Virus record (IMG/VR): IMGVR_UViG_3300028844_007948 | Location: 64,001 to 128,000 of that record | DNA length: 64,000 bases | Reading direction: 5' to 3' (one strand) | DNA from: a virus | Part shown: one piece after another, positions 31,354 to 39,466 of the stretch | Position numbering within the stretch: the stretch's first letter is position 1 | Layout of the letters: each line of letters starts with the position of its first letter | The notes under the pieces: generated by a model | Seen by the model: only the letters and a program-made list of their open reading frames with translations | What the model was told of the DNA's origin: nothing | The model's database searches: none | Made by a program: the position numbers and the translations under genes

Positions 31354-31986
31354 ATGGCTCCTTTATCGAATAGCCCACTTGTTTCAATTATAGTCACTAA
31401 TTATAATTATTCTAAATATATACAAAGATGCATTAGGAGTTGTATAGATCAAAAGTATGTTTCTCACGAGGTTATTGTAGTAGACGATTGCTCAACAGAC
31501 GATTCGGAAGAGCAGCTCGTTCCATTTTTACAAAATACAACCCTCTTAAAAACAGAAAAAAATTCTGGTGTTGCTAGGGCAGCAAACTTAGGAGTTTCAA
31601 GATGTAGAGGCAGGTTTTTCATTAGGGTTGACTCTGATGACTATGTTCATAGCGAAATGTGCCATATGCTTTCTAAGTATTTACAAATGAACAGGGATTC
31701 TTTTTGCGTTTCTTGTGATTATATTCTTGTCGATGAAATGGAAAATAAAATTACCAGAAAATATGCAGAGGTTGACGACATTTCCTGCGGTATAATGTAC
31801 AGAAAAGATCTTTTCGTTGAACTCGGTTCTTATAATCCAGAAATGAGACATAAAGAAGAAAGAGAGTTAAGAAAAAGATTAGGTTCAGACTATAAAATAG
31901 ACCACTTAAGAATGCCATTTTATAGATATAGAATGCATGACTCTAATAAAACTAAATCTAAAGAGTACGAACAAACAAAAGTATGA
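31354..31986 (+). CDS. GT2 glycosyltransferase
   Basis: VSIIVTNYNY, VDDCSTD, VDSDD. Confidence 0.9.
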   Translation: MAPLSNSPLVSIIVTNYNYSKYIQRCIRSCIDQKYVSHEVIVVDDCSTDDSEEQLVPFLQNTTLLKTEKNSGVARAANLGVSRCRGRFFIRVDSDDYVHSEMCHMLSKYLQMNRDSFCVSCDYILVDEMENKITRKYAEVDDISCGIMYRKDLFVELGSYNPEMRHKEERELRKRLGSDYKIDHLRMPFYRYRMHDSNKTKSKEYEQTKV

Positions 31987-32837
31987 CTAAATCAAAAGCG
32001 AATATAGATTTCTTATTGGTTTTACATAACAATACTGCCATAAATTTATTTAATTCTAATAGTCCAGGATGGGTTAAAAATTTAAAAAATTTTAATGTAA
32101 ACTTTTTAGTTAGATGCCCCATTGAATTAGAAAAAAATATAATTGCGCCTACTAATTCAACCTTGTTAAATTTTGATTATCATCCTTTGGGTCCCCGTGA
32201 CTCTCACGGATCTATGACTCATGCCTTTAATTTGCACAGGTTATTAAAAGAAATAACTTCTGATTTTTTTATTGTTTCTGATCCCGATATAGAGTATTTA
32301 GGAGATTGGGATCAAAAAGACCTAACGGAAGTTTTAGATTCTTACGATTTATTCGGAATTCCCTATGCAAAAATTCTTCAAGGAGGAACAATGGGTAGGT
32401 ATGGTCATATGCCAAGTGCGTTAAATACATTCTTTAGGTCTAAATCTTTTTTTGAAAGGGTTGAGCATTTTCAATTAATGAAAGATGATAAATTTTGGAT
32501 TTTTTATCCTTGCGGCAAGGAAGAAGGGGTAAAAGATTTTAGGAAAAATTTAGATAAATCAATTCCTTACTCTGAAGAGGTTATTGATTTTGGTCATATA
32601 TGGGGAAAAGATCTAGGTGTTTGGATGCCAATCTCTCCAAAGTTTTTTCTAGATCAAATGAGTCGCATAGGTTACACGGCCTTAGATACATCTTGGTTGC
32701 ACCCAATTGTATTCGAAGATTTAAAATATTTAATCTTACCAGAGGTTGATTCGCAATCATCAGGAGATAAACATCAATACAAAAGCATTGTAATAAAACA
32801 TAAAAGAGCTGGTACTAAAGAGCCAAGCGAGTATTAG
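31983..32837 (+). CDS. Putative GT-A fold glycosyltransferase
   Basis: HAFNL..FFIVSDPD (DxD), DTSW, KHKRAG. Confidence 0.5.
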   Translation: MTKSKANIDFLLVLHNNTAINLFNSNSPGWVKNLKNFNVNFLVRCPIELEKNIIAPTNSTLLNFDYHPLGPRDSHGSMTHAFNLHRLLKEITSDFFIVSDPDIEYLGDWDQKDLTEVLDSYDLFGIPYAKILQGGTMGRYGHMPSALNTFFRSKSFFERVEHFQLMKDDKFWIFYPCGKEEGVKDFRKNLDKSIPYSEEVIDFGHIWGKDLGVWMPISPKFFLDQMSRIGYTALDTSWLHPIVFEDLKYLILPEVDSQSSGDKHQYKSIVIKHKRAGTKEPSEY

Positions 32838-32848
32838 CTAGCACTAAA

Positions 32849-32914
32849 ATGAAAGTTTTATTTTTTGGTAATAAGAATAGAAACGAAAAAATACCCAAAG
32901 AAATTTATCCATGA
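32849..32914 (+). pseudogene. 21-codon mini-ORF, probable gene remnant
   Basis: MKVLFFGNKNRNEKIPKEIYP*, with ATGA overlap into the GNAT gene. Confidence 0.4.
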
Positions 32915-33378
32915 TTAGATCCATGACTCTTGAAGACATTCCTTTTTACAATGAAATCAGGAATGAGTGTAGAGATTTTCTGCACGACTCTTCTTTTTAT
33001 ACTACGGAAGAATCTTACAGTTGGTTTAAAACAAATAATCCTAAGTTTTTTATATATGAGATAGGTGGAAATAAAATAGGATATTTTAGAACCAGTAATT
33101 GGACCGACAAAGGTTGCTATATAGGCTTAGATATACATAAAAAATTCAGAGGAAAAAAGCTAGCATTTAAAGCTTATCAAGATTTTTTTGTTTTTTTAAA
33201 AAATAAGATTGGAAAAATAAATTTTTATGAATTTTACTTAGAGGTTTTAAGTTTTAATAAAGTAGCTATAAATCTCTATAAAAAACTTGGGTTTACTGAA
33301 TTGTCTAAAACACCAACTGGAAAAAACAATGATTTTATTTATAACATAAAAATGAAACTGATTTTAAAAAATGAGTAA
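32911..33378 (+). CDS. GNAT N-acetyltransferase (PseH-like)
   Basis: IGY..IHKKFRGKKLA..LEVLSFNKVAINLYKKLGF. Confidence 0.85.
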   Translation: MIRSMTLEDIPFYNEIRNECRDFLHDSSFYTTEESYSWFKTNNPKFFIYEIGGNKIGYFRTSNWTDKGCYIGLDIHKKFRGKKLAFKAYQDFFVFLKNKIGKINFYEFYLEVLSFNKVAINLYKKLGFTELSKTPTGKNNDFIYNIKMKLILKNE

Positions 33379-34360
33379 AAAAGTTTTAATTACAGGTGGG
33401 TGTGGGTTTATTGGTCACCATTTAGTAGAGCATTTACTTCGTCATAGTGATTATGAAATTGTAATTCTAGACAAGCTAACATATGCAAGCATGGGGCTAG
33501 ATAGATTAAGGAGTTTTTCTGGATTAACAAATGAACGAGTTAAGTTTTTTTGTCATGATTTCACTTTACCCATAGAAGGCGGCCTTAAGAAAGAGATTGG
33601 AGATGTAAATATTATAGTTCATATGGGGGCTGAATCTCATGTAGATAATAGTATACTAGACCCAAGAAAGTTTTTTCATAATAATATTAATGGAACAGTT
33701 GAAATGCTTGAGTATGCAAGAACGCTCAAAAATTTAGAAATGTTTTTTTACTTTAGTACTGATGAAGTATTTGGTTCTGCTCCTGAAAATTTTTGCTACG
33801 GAGAGTGGGATAGGCATAAACCAACAAACCCATACTCGTCAAGTAAGTCTTGCGCTGAACAAATATGTGTTTCTTATGAAAACACATACAAACTCCCCAT
33901 AATGGTAATTAATGTCATGAATGCTTTTGGAGAAAGGCAACATGTAGAAAAATTTATACCTTTATGCATCAAGAGAATTTTAAATAAAGAAAAAATATTT
34001 ATCCATTCTTATCCAGACAAGAAAAAGGCTGGAAGCAGATTTTATATACATGCAAGGAATATTGCTGCAGCTGTGCTGTTCTTACTAGAAAAAGGTGTTA
34101 TTGGTGAAAAGTACAATGTAGTCGGAGAAGAGGAGGTTGATAATCTATCGATGGCTAAAATGATATCTCAATTTATAGGGGAAGAATTGGAATACGAAAT
34201 GGTTGATTTTCATAAAGATAGGCCTGGACATGACTTGAGATACTCTTTGTGTGGAGAGAAGATGAAAGATATGGGGTGGAGTATCCCTATTCCTTTTCTT
34301 GAATCACTTAAAAATACTGTCGAATGGACAGTTAAAAATCAAAAATGGCTTGAAGAATAA
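33371..34360 (+). CDS. rmlB: NDP-sugar 4,6-dehydratase (RmlB-like)
   Basis: TGGCGFIG, DKLTYA, AESHVD, STDEVFG, NPYSSSK, RPGHDLRY. Confidence 0.88.
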   Translation: MSKKVLITGGCGFIGHHLVEHLLRHSDYEIVILDKLTYASMGLDRLRSFSGLTNERVKFFCHDFTLPIEGGLKKEIGDVNIIVHMGAESHVDNSILDPRKFFHNNINGTVEMLEYARTLKNLEMFFYFSTDEVFGSAPENFCYGEWDRHKPTNPYSSSKSCAEQICVSYENTYKLPIMVINVMNAFGERQHVEKFIPLCIKRILNKEKIFIHSYPDKKKAGSRFYIHARNIAAAVLFLLEKGVIGEKYNVVGEEEVDNLSMAKMISQFIGEELEYEMVDFHKDRPGHDLRYSLCGEKMKDMGWSIPIPFLESLKNTVEWTVKNQKWLEE

Positions 34361-35445
34361 TGATACCTCTTTTTAAAGTACATTACCCAAAAGGTGTTGG
34401 GGAAAAAATAGATGAAGTTTTTAAATCTGGATTTATAACAGAAGGAGAATATTCAGATAAATTTGAAAAAGAATTTGGGGAATATATAGGAAATGATAAT
34501 TGTTGTTTAACAAATAGTTGTACATCGGCAATTACTTTGGCTTTGAGGTTATCTGATGTTGGCCCTGGTGATGAAGTTATAAGTTCGCCCATGACCTGCA
34601 TGGCTACAAATGAACCTATATACAATGCTGGGGCTAGTATAGTTTGGGCTGATATAGAAAAAGACACAGGAAACATTGATCCAGAAAGTGTTTTAAGAAA
34701 AATAACAAAAAAAACAAAAGCAATTATATCTGTTCACTGGGCTGGACAGCCTTTTAACATTGATTTAATAAATAAAATCGCAAAAGATCATAATCTAAAA
34801 GTTATTGAAGATGCGGCTCATGCATTAGACTCAACATATAACGGTCAAAAAATTGGCAATCATAGTGATTTTATTTGTTTTTCGTTTCAGGCAATAAAAC
34901 ATTTAACAACTGCTGATGGAGGAGCTTTGCTTTGCAAAAATAAATCTGATTACGAGAAGTCTAAATTATTAAGATGGTTTGGTTTAAACAGGAAATATAA
35001 AGGCAGTAAATGGGAGCAAGATATCACACTCTCTGGTTATAAATTTCATATGAATAACATAACGGCTGTGATAGGCTTGGAGCAGATGAAATATATTAAT
35101 GATTTAACCCTTGCGCATAAAAACAATTCAAAATTTTATGACAAAAACATTAACAATCCAAAAATTATAAAATTAAAAAGGGGCAGCGAGTATGAGTCTT
35201 CTTCTTGGATATATTCCATACTTTGCGACACTAGAGAAGATCTTCAAGATTTTTTAAAAAATAAAAAAATTCATACAGATGTCGTTCATGTACGGAATGA
35301 TAAATATTCTGTTTTTAAAGATTTTAAAAAATGCAATTTGCCTAATTTAGATTTTTTTGAATCAAGATTATTAAACATACCTGTTGGATGGTGGCTATCA
35401 AAATCAGATTTAAACTATATAGTAGATTGCATTAATTCCTATTGA
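34360..35445 (+). CDS. DegT/DnrJ/EryC1/StrS PLP-dependent sugar aminotransferase
   Basis: NSCTSA, VHWAG, IEDAAHA, FSFQAIKHLTTADGG. Confidence 0.92.
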   Translation: MIPLFKVHYPKGVGEKIDEVFKSGFITEGEYSDKFEKEFGEYIGNDNCCLTNSCTSAITLALRLSDVGPGDEVISSPMTCMATNEPIYNAGASIVWADIEKDTGNIDPESVLRKITKKTKAIISVHWAGQPFNIDLINKIAKDHNLKVIEDAAHALDSTYNGQKIGNHSDFICFSFQAIKHLTTADGGALLCKNKSDYEKSKLLRWFGLNRKYKGSKWEQDITLSGYKFHMNNITAVIGLEQMKYINDLTLAHKNNSKFYDKNINNPKIIKLKRGSEYESSSWIYSILCDTREDLQDFLKNKKIHTDVVHVRNDKYSVFKDFKKCNLPNLDFFESRLLNIPVGWWLSKSDLNYIVDCINSY

Positions 35446-35475
35446 AAAATTTTCATAAAAATATATTATAAAACA
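35442..35475 (+). promoter_or_regulatory. Sigma70-like promoter, probably leaderless
   Basis: TTGAAA-16-TATTAT, 6 nt, ATG 35476. Confidence 0.55.
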
Positions 35476-36378
35476 ATGGATACAACACTAGGAGTCATAG
35501 GAAATGGATTTGTGGGATCAGCGGCTGTCCATGGATTTAATCATCATGTAAAAAGTGTGAAGGTTTTTGATAAGGATGAAAACAGAAGATCTCACACACT
35601 TGAAGAAACTTTAGATCAAGATGTAGTATTCGTATGCCTTCCTACTCCAATGTCTCTATCTGAACAAGGCAAGTGTGATCTATCTATTATTGAATCTTTT
35701 TTTGCTGAAGCTTCCGAGCTTAAACCTGATTGCACTTTTGTTATAAAGTCTACCGTTCCAGTAGGAACAACCTCTAGACTTCAAAAACAGTATGATAAAT
35801 TAAAAATTTTACATTCCCCTGAGTTTCTTACCGCAAGGACTGCTCTTTTAGATTTTATAACCCCATCTAGAAACATAGTAGGATATCCAAAAGATTTTTA
35901 TTCAAACCTTCATGCTGTCCCTAATAAAGTTGTAGAGCTTTTTGAAAAAAGATTTCCAGGAGTAAAAACATTTTTAATGGACAGCGATTCTACAGAGATG
36001 ATTAAATATGTAGCCAATTGTTTTTTTGCTACTAAAATCAGCTATTTTAATGAGGTAAAACTCTTTTGCGATAAGATTGGATTAGATTATAATAAAATTA
36101 TGGAAGGTGTTTTGTCTGATGGCAGGATAGGCATAAGTCATTATCAAGTCCCAGGCCATGATGGCAAGTTAGGTTTTGGAGGCACCTGCTTCCCAAAAGA
36201 CATAAACTCTTTCATTAATCTAATGAAAGCTAATGGCGTAAACTCTAAAGTTTTACAAGCAGCATGGGATACAAATGTCTTGGTTAGACCAGAAAAAGAT
36301 TGGGAAAATTTTTCCGCCGCAGTTTCGACTGGAACACAAGATTTTGATACATCGGGATGCGGCCATGATCACATTTAA
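35476..36378 (+). CDS. ugd: UDP-glucose / GDP-mannose dehydrogenase family (short form)
   Basis: GNGFVG, CLPTP, KSTVPVGT, PEFL, KYVAN, GFGGTCFPKD. Confidence 0.88.
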   Translation: MDTTLGVIGNGFVGSAAVHGFNHHVKSVKVFDKDENRRSHTLEETLDQDVVFVCLPTPMSLSEQGKCDLSIIESFFAEASELKPDCTFVIKSTVPVGTTSRLQKQYDKLKILHSPEFLTARTALLDFITPSRNIVGYPKDFYSNLHAVPNKVVELFEKRFPGVKTFLMDSDSTEMIKYVANCFFATKISYFNEVKLFCDKIGLDYNKIMEGVLSDGRIGISHYQVPGHDGKLGFGGTCFPKDINSFINLMKANGVNSKVLQAAWDTNVLVRPEKDWENFSAAVSTGTQDFDTSGCGHDHI

Positions 36379-36393
36379 AAATTATAGATAAAT

Positions 36394-37326
36394 ATGAAGT
36401 ATACAGTTATAGGAGGAGCAGGTTTTATTGGAAGTCATTTAGTGGATGCACTAATAGATGAAGGTCATGAGGTTGTAGTTTTTGATAATTTCTCAACTGG
36501 CCAACCAGACAACATAAATGAAAAAGCTGAGCTATTTAGGATAAACCCTGCATATTTTAATACTATTGGCGAAAAGATGGATTCATACAGGCAAGCAATT
36601 AATGCATCTGTCGGCTCAGATGCTATATTTCACCTTGCAGCTTTGCCAAGAGTACAGCCTTCATTATTGGATCCCGTAGGAACTAATAAGGCTAATGTGG
36701 ATTCATTGGTTGGAGCTCTTGATTTTGCAAAAAATATTGGAGTTAAGAGATTTGTTTATAGTGCAAGTTCTTCTGCCTATGGAGACGCTTCAGTTTTCCC
36801 AACTCCAGAGGATCACCCCACTAATCCGAAAAGCCCTTACGGACTCCAAAAACTTATAGGAGAACAGTATTGTAAAGTTTTTTCGGATTGTTATGGTTTA
36901 GATACTGTAAGTTTGAGATATTTTAATGTTTACGGTTCCAGAGCTAGTTCGGGTTCTGCATACAGCTTAGTTCTTGAGGTATTCTTCAAACAACGTCTTT
37001 ATAAAAAACCTCTCACAATAACTGGAGACGGAGAACAAAAACGAGACTTTACTTTTGTTGGCGATGTAGTGAAGGCAAATATCCTTGCCGCTCAATCGGA
37101 CCAAGAGTTTAAAGGTGATATTTTTAATATAGGAAATGGCGACAACAGAACAATAAATCAAGTGGCTGATTTAATAGGAGGAGAAAAAGAGTATATTGAG
37201 GCTAGGTTAGAGCCTAAAGAAACCCTAGCTGATATTTCAAAAGCGAAAGAGGTTTTAGGCTGGGAGCCTTCTATGACCTTAGAAGAATGGATTCCTCAAA
37301 GAAAAAAAGAATTACGCCTTGATTGA
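36394..37326 (+). CDS. NAD-dependent NDP-sugar epimerase (GalE/WbpP-like)
   Basis: GGAGFIGSH, HLAA, ASSSAYG, SPYGLQK, LRYFNVYG. Confidence 0.9.
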   Translation: MKYTVIGGAGFIGSHLVDALIDEGHEVVVFDNFSTGQPDNINEKAELFRINPAYFNTIGEKMDSYRQAINASVGSDAIFHLAALPRVQPSLLDPVGTNKANVDSLVGALDFAKNIGVKRFVYSASSSAYGDASVFPTPEDHPTNPKSPYGLQKLIGEQYCKVFSDCYGLDTVSLRYFNVYGSRASSGSAYSLVLEVFFKQRLYKKPLTITGDGEQKRDFTFVGDVVKANILAAQSDQEFKGDIFNIGNGDNRTINQVADLIGGEKEYIEARLEPKETLADISKAKEVLGWEPSMTLEEWIPQRKKELRLD

Positions 37327-37331
37327 TTTTT

Positions 37332-38402
37332 ATGAAAAAAGTTATTGTTACAGGTATAACAGGTCAGGATGGAAGCCATATGTGCGACTATCTTATTAAA
37401 AAATTAAATAAAGAAAAATTAGATATTAAAATTTTTGGTTCAGTAAGACGTATTAGCGTCAAGAATCACGAAAATATTTTGCATTTAGAAGGTGATCCTA
37501 ACTTCGAGCTTATCGATATGGATTTGAATGATGCTCATAGCATTAGAGATGCTATCATAGATATCAAGCCAGACTATTTTATAAATTTTGCCGCACAATC
37601 TTTTGTCGCTGGTAGCTGGAAATATCCTATACAAACTTGGGGTACTGATGCTGATTCTGTTCTTCATATCCTTGAGTCAATAAGAAGATTCGCTCCGCTA
37701 TGCAGGTTTTATAATGCAGGATCTTCTGAAGAATTTGGAGATGTTATATATTCCCCTCAAGATGCCGCTCACCCCTTAAGACCTCAGTCTCCTTATGGAG
37801 CTGCCAAGTGTGCTGCTAGACATCTAGTCAGGGTCTATCGAGAGTCTTATAATCTATATGCTATTCAAGGTTGGTTATTCAATCATGAAGGGGTAAGGAG
37901 AGGTCTTGATTTTGTTACTAGAAAAATAACATATAATGTAGCTAAATTTAAATTGGCTTTAGAAAAGTCTAATCTAAGTCATGTGGAGATTCCTAGCTTC
38001 TCTTTGGGCAACTTAGAAGCTAAGAGAGACTGGAGTGATGCGGAGGATTTTATGGATGGAGTGTGGCGTATGTTAAATCAAGATAAACCCAAAAATTATG
38101 TTTTAGCTAGTGGGGAGATGCATACAATTAGATCTTTTCTTGAAGAGACCCTATCTTGCGCAAACATTGAATATTATAAAACAGGGGTGGAGGATAAAGA
38201 AAAATATTTTTCAAAAAAGGGTGATCATCTGATAATGTCAGTAGATCCAAAATTCTACAGGCCTGCCGAGGTTCACGAGCTCTGCGGCGACCCTTCTTTG
38301 GCTGAAAAAGAATTAGGATGGGCCCGTAATACAGATTTTAAAGGGCTTGTTAAAAAGATGTATCAATCTGATTACGCAAAGTCATCATATGAACAAAGAT
38401 GA
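37332..38402 (+). CDS. gmd: GDP-mannose 4,6-dehydratase
   Basis: TGITGQDGS, AAQSFV, SPYGAAK, FNHE, FVTRKI, RPAEV; ATG at 37332. Confidence 0.93.
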   Translation: MKKVIVTGITGQDGSHMCDYLIKKLNKEKLDIKIFGSVRRISVKNHENILHLEGDPNFELIDMDLNDAHSIRDAIIDIKPDYFINFAAQSFVAGSWKYPIQTWGTDADSVLHILESIRRFAPLCRFYNAGSSEEFGDVIYSPQDAAHPLRPQSPYGAAKCAARHLVRVYRESYNLYAIQGWLFNHEGVRRGLDFVTRKITYNVAKFKLALEKSNLSHVEIPSFSLGNLEAKRDWSDAEDFMDGVWRMLNQDKPKNYVLASGEMHTIRSFLEETLSCANIEYYKTGVEDKEKYFSKKGDHLIMSVDPKFYRPAEVHELCGDPSLAEKELGWARNTDFKGLVKKMYQSDYAKSSYEQR

Positions 38403-39339
38403 TGCTATTTATGTGGCGGGCCACAGAGGAATGGTTGGCTCTGCTACTGTAAGAGCTTTAAAATCTAATGGTTACACTAATATTGTAACAGCAACAAGGG
38501 AAGAGGTAGATCTTAAAAACCAAAAAGATGTAAACCTTTTTTTTAAAAATTTAAACATCGATTATGTTGTTCTTGCTGCTGCAAAAGTGGGAGGTATACT
38601 AGCGAATAATGACCTTAAGGCTGACTTTATATATGAAAATACTATTATTGGTGCTAACATCATAAAAGCTTGTCATGATAATAAAGTTAAAAAGTTGATA
38701 AATTTAGGCTCTTCTTGTATATATCCAAAAGAGTCTCAAATCCCTATAAAAGAAGAGTATTTGTTAACAGGAAAGCTTGAGCCGACAAACGAACCGTATG
38801 CGATAGCAAAAATCGCCGCCTTAAAAATGTGTGAAAGTTTTTACCATCAATACGATGATAACTATTATTCCTTGATGCCCTGTAATCTTTACGGGATTAA
38901 TGACAATTTTGATCTAAAAAGCTCTCATGTTCTACCAGCTTTAATTAACAAAGTTCATCATGCAAAAAGCTCTAACAGTCCTAGTATTACTCTTTGGGGT
39001 TCTGGAAAACCGCTTAGAGAGTTTCTTTTTTCTGAAGATGTTGCCTCTGCTATTTTATTTTGCCTAGAAAACGTTGATGCTAAAGATATTTATGAGCAAG
39101 GGATCTCTCATCTTAATTGCGGATCTAATGAGGAACTCTCTATTTTAGATCTATTATTAAAAATAAAAAATATTATAAGTTACGAAGGCGAAATTTTATT
39201 TGATAGTTCTAAACCAGATGGGACTTTTAGAAAAAAAATGGATAATAGCAGAATAAACCAGCTAGGCTTTATTCCGCAAGTATCAATTGATGAAGGTATT
39301 GCAAAAACATACTCTTGGTACTTATCAAATTCAGAATAA
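38389..39339 (+). CDS. fcl: GDP-L-fucose synthase
   Basis: AGHRGMVGSA, AAAKVGGI, GSSCIYP, EPTNEPYAIAK, SHVLPAL; ATG at 38389. Confidence 0.93.
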   Translation: MNKDDAIYVAGHRGMVGSATVRALKSNGYTNIVTATREEVDLKNQKDVNLFFKNLNIDYVVLAAAKVGGILANNDLKADFIYENTIIGANIIKACHDNKVKKLINLGSSCIYPKESQIPIKEEYLLTGKLEPTNEPYAIAKIAALKMCESFYHQYDDNYYSLMPCNLYGINDNFDLKSSHVLPALINKVHHAKSSNSPSITLWGSGKPLREFLFSEDVASAILFCLENVDAKDIYEQGISHLNCGSNEELSILDLLLKIKNIISYEGEILFDSSKPDGTFRKKMDNSRINQLGFIPQVSIDEGIAKTYSWYLSNSE

Positions 39340-39347
39340 AAAAATAG

Positions 39348-39466
39348 TTGTTTTGTTTGAGTAACTGGGTTAATCCTCTTACTCTATTTTAGAAAATATT
39401 CATAAATATAAACTCTGAATATTTAGAATAGTCGTGTAATAAAAAGAATCCCCCCCTAATCATTTT
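39348..39466 (+). promoter_or_regulatory. nrdA upstream region with TTGTTT element, inverted repeats and GTGTA motif
   Basis: TTGTTT at 39348; GAGTAA/TTACTC at 39359/39379; imperfect inverted repeat 39384-39431; GTGTA at 39434. Confidence 0.35.

Noticed and set aside
19575-39339. Ordinary bacterial O-antigen or capsule locus (host chromosome)
   Set aside because: No flippase, polymerase, ABC exporter or initiating transferase; flanks are phage tail and replication genes with the same composition and promoter styles.
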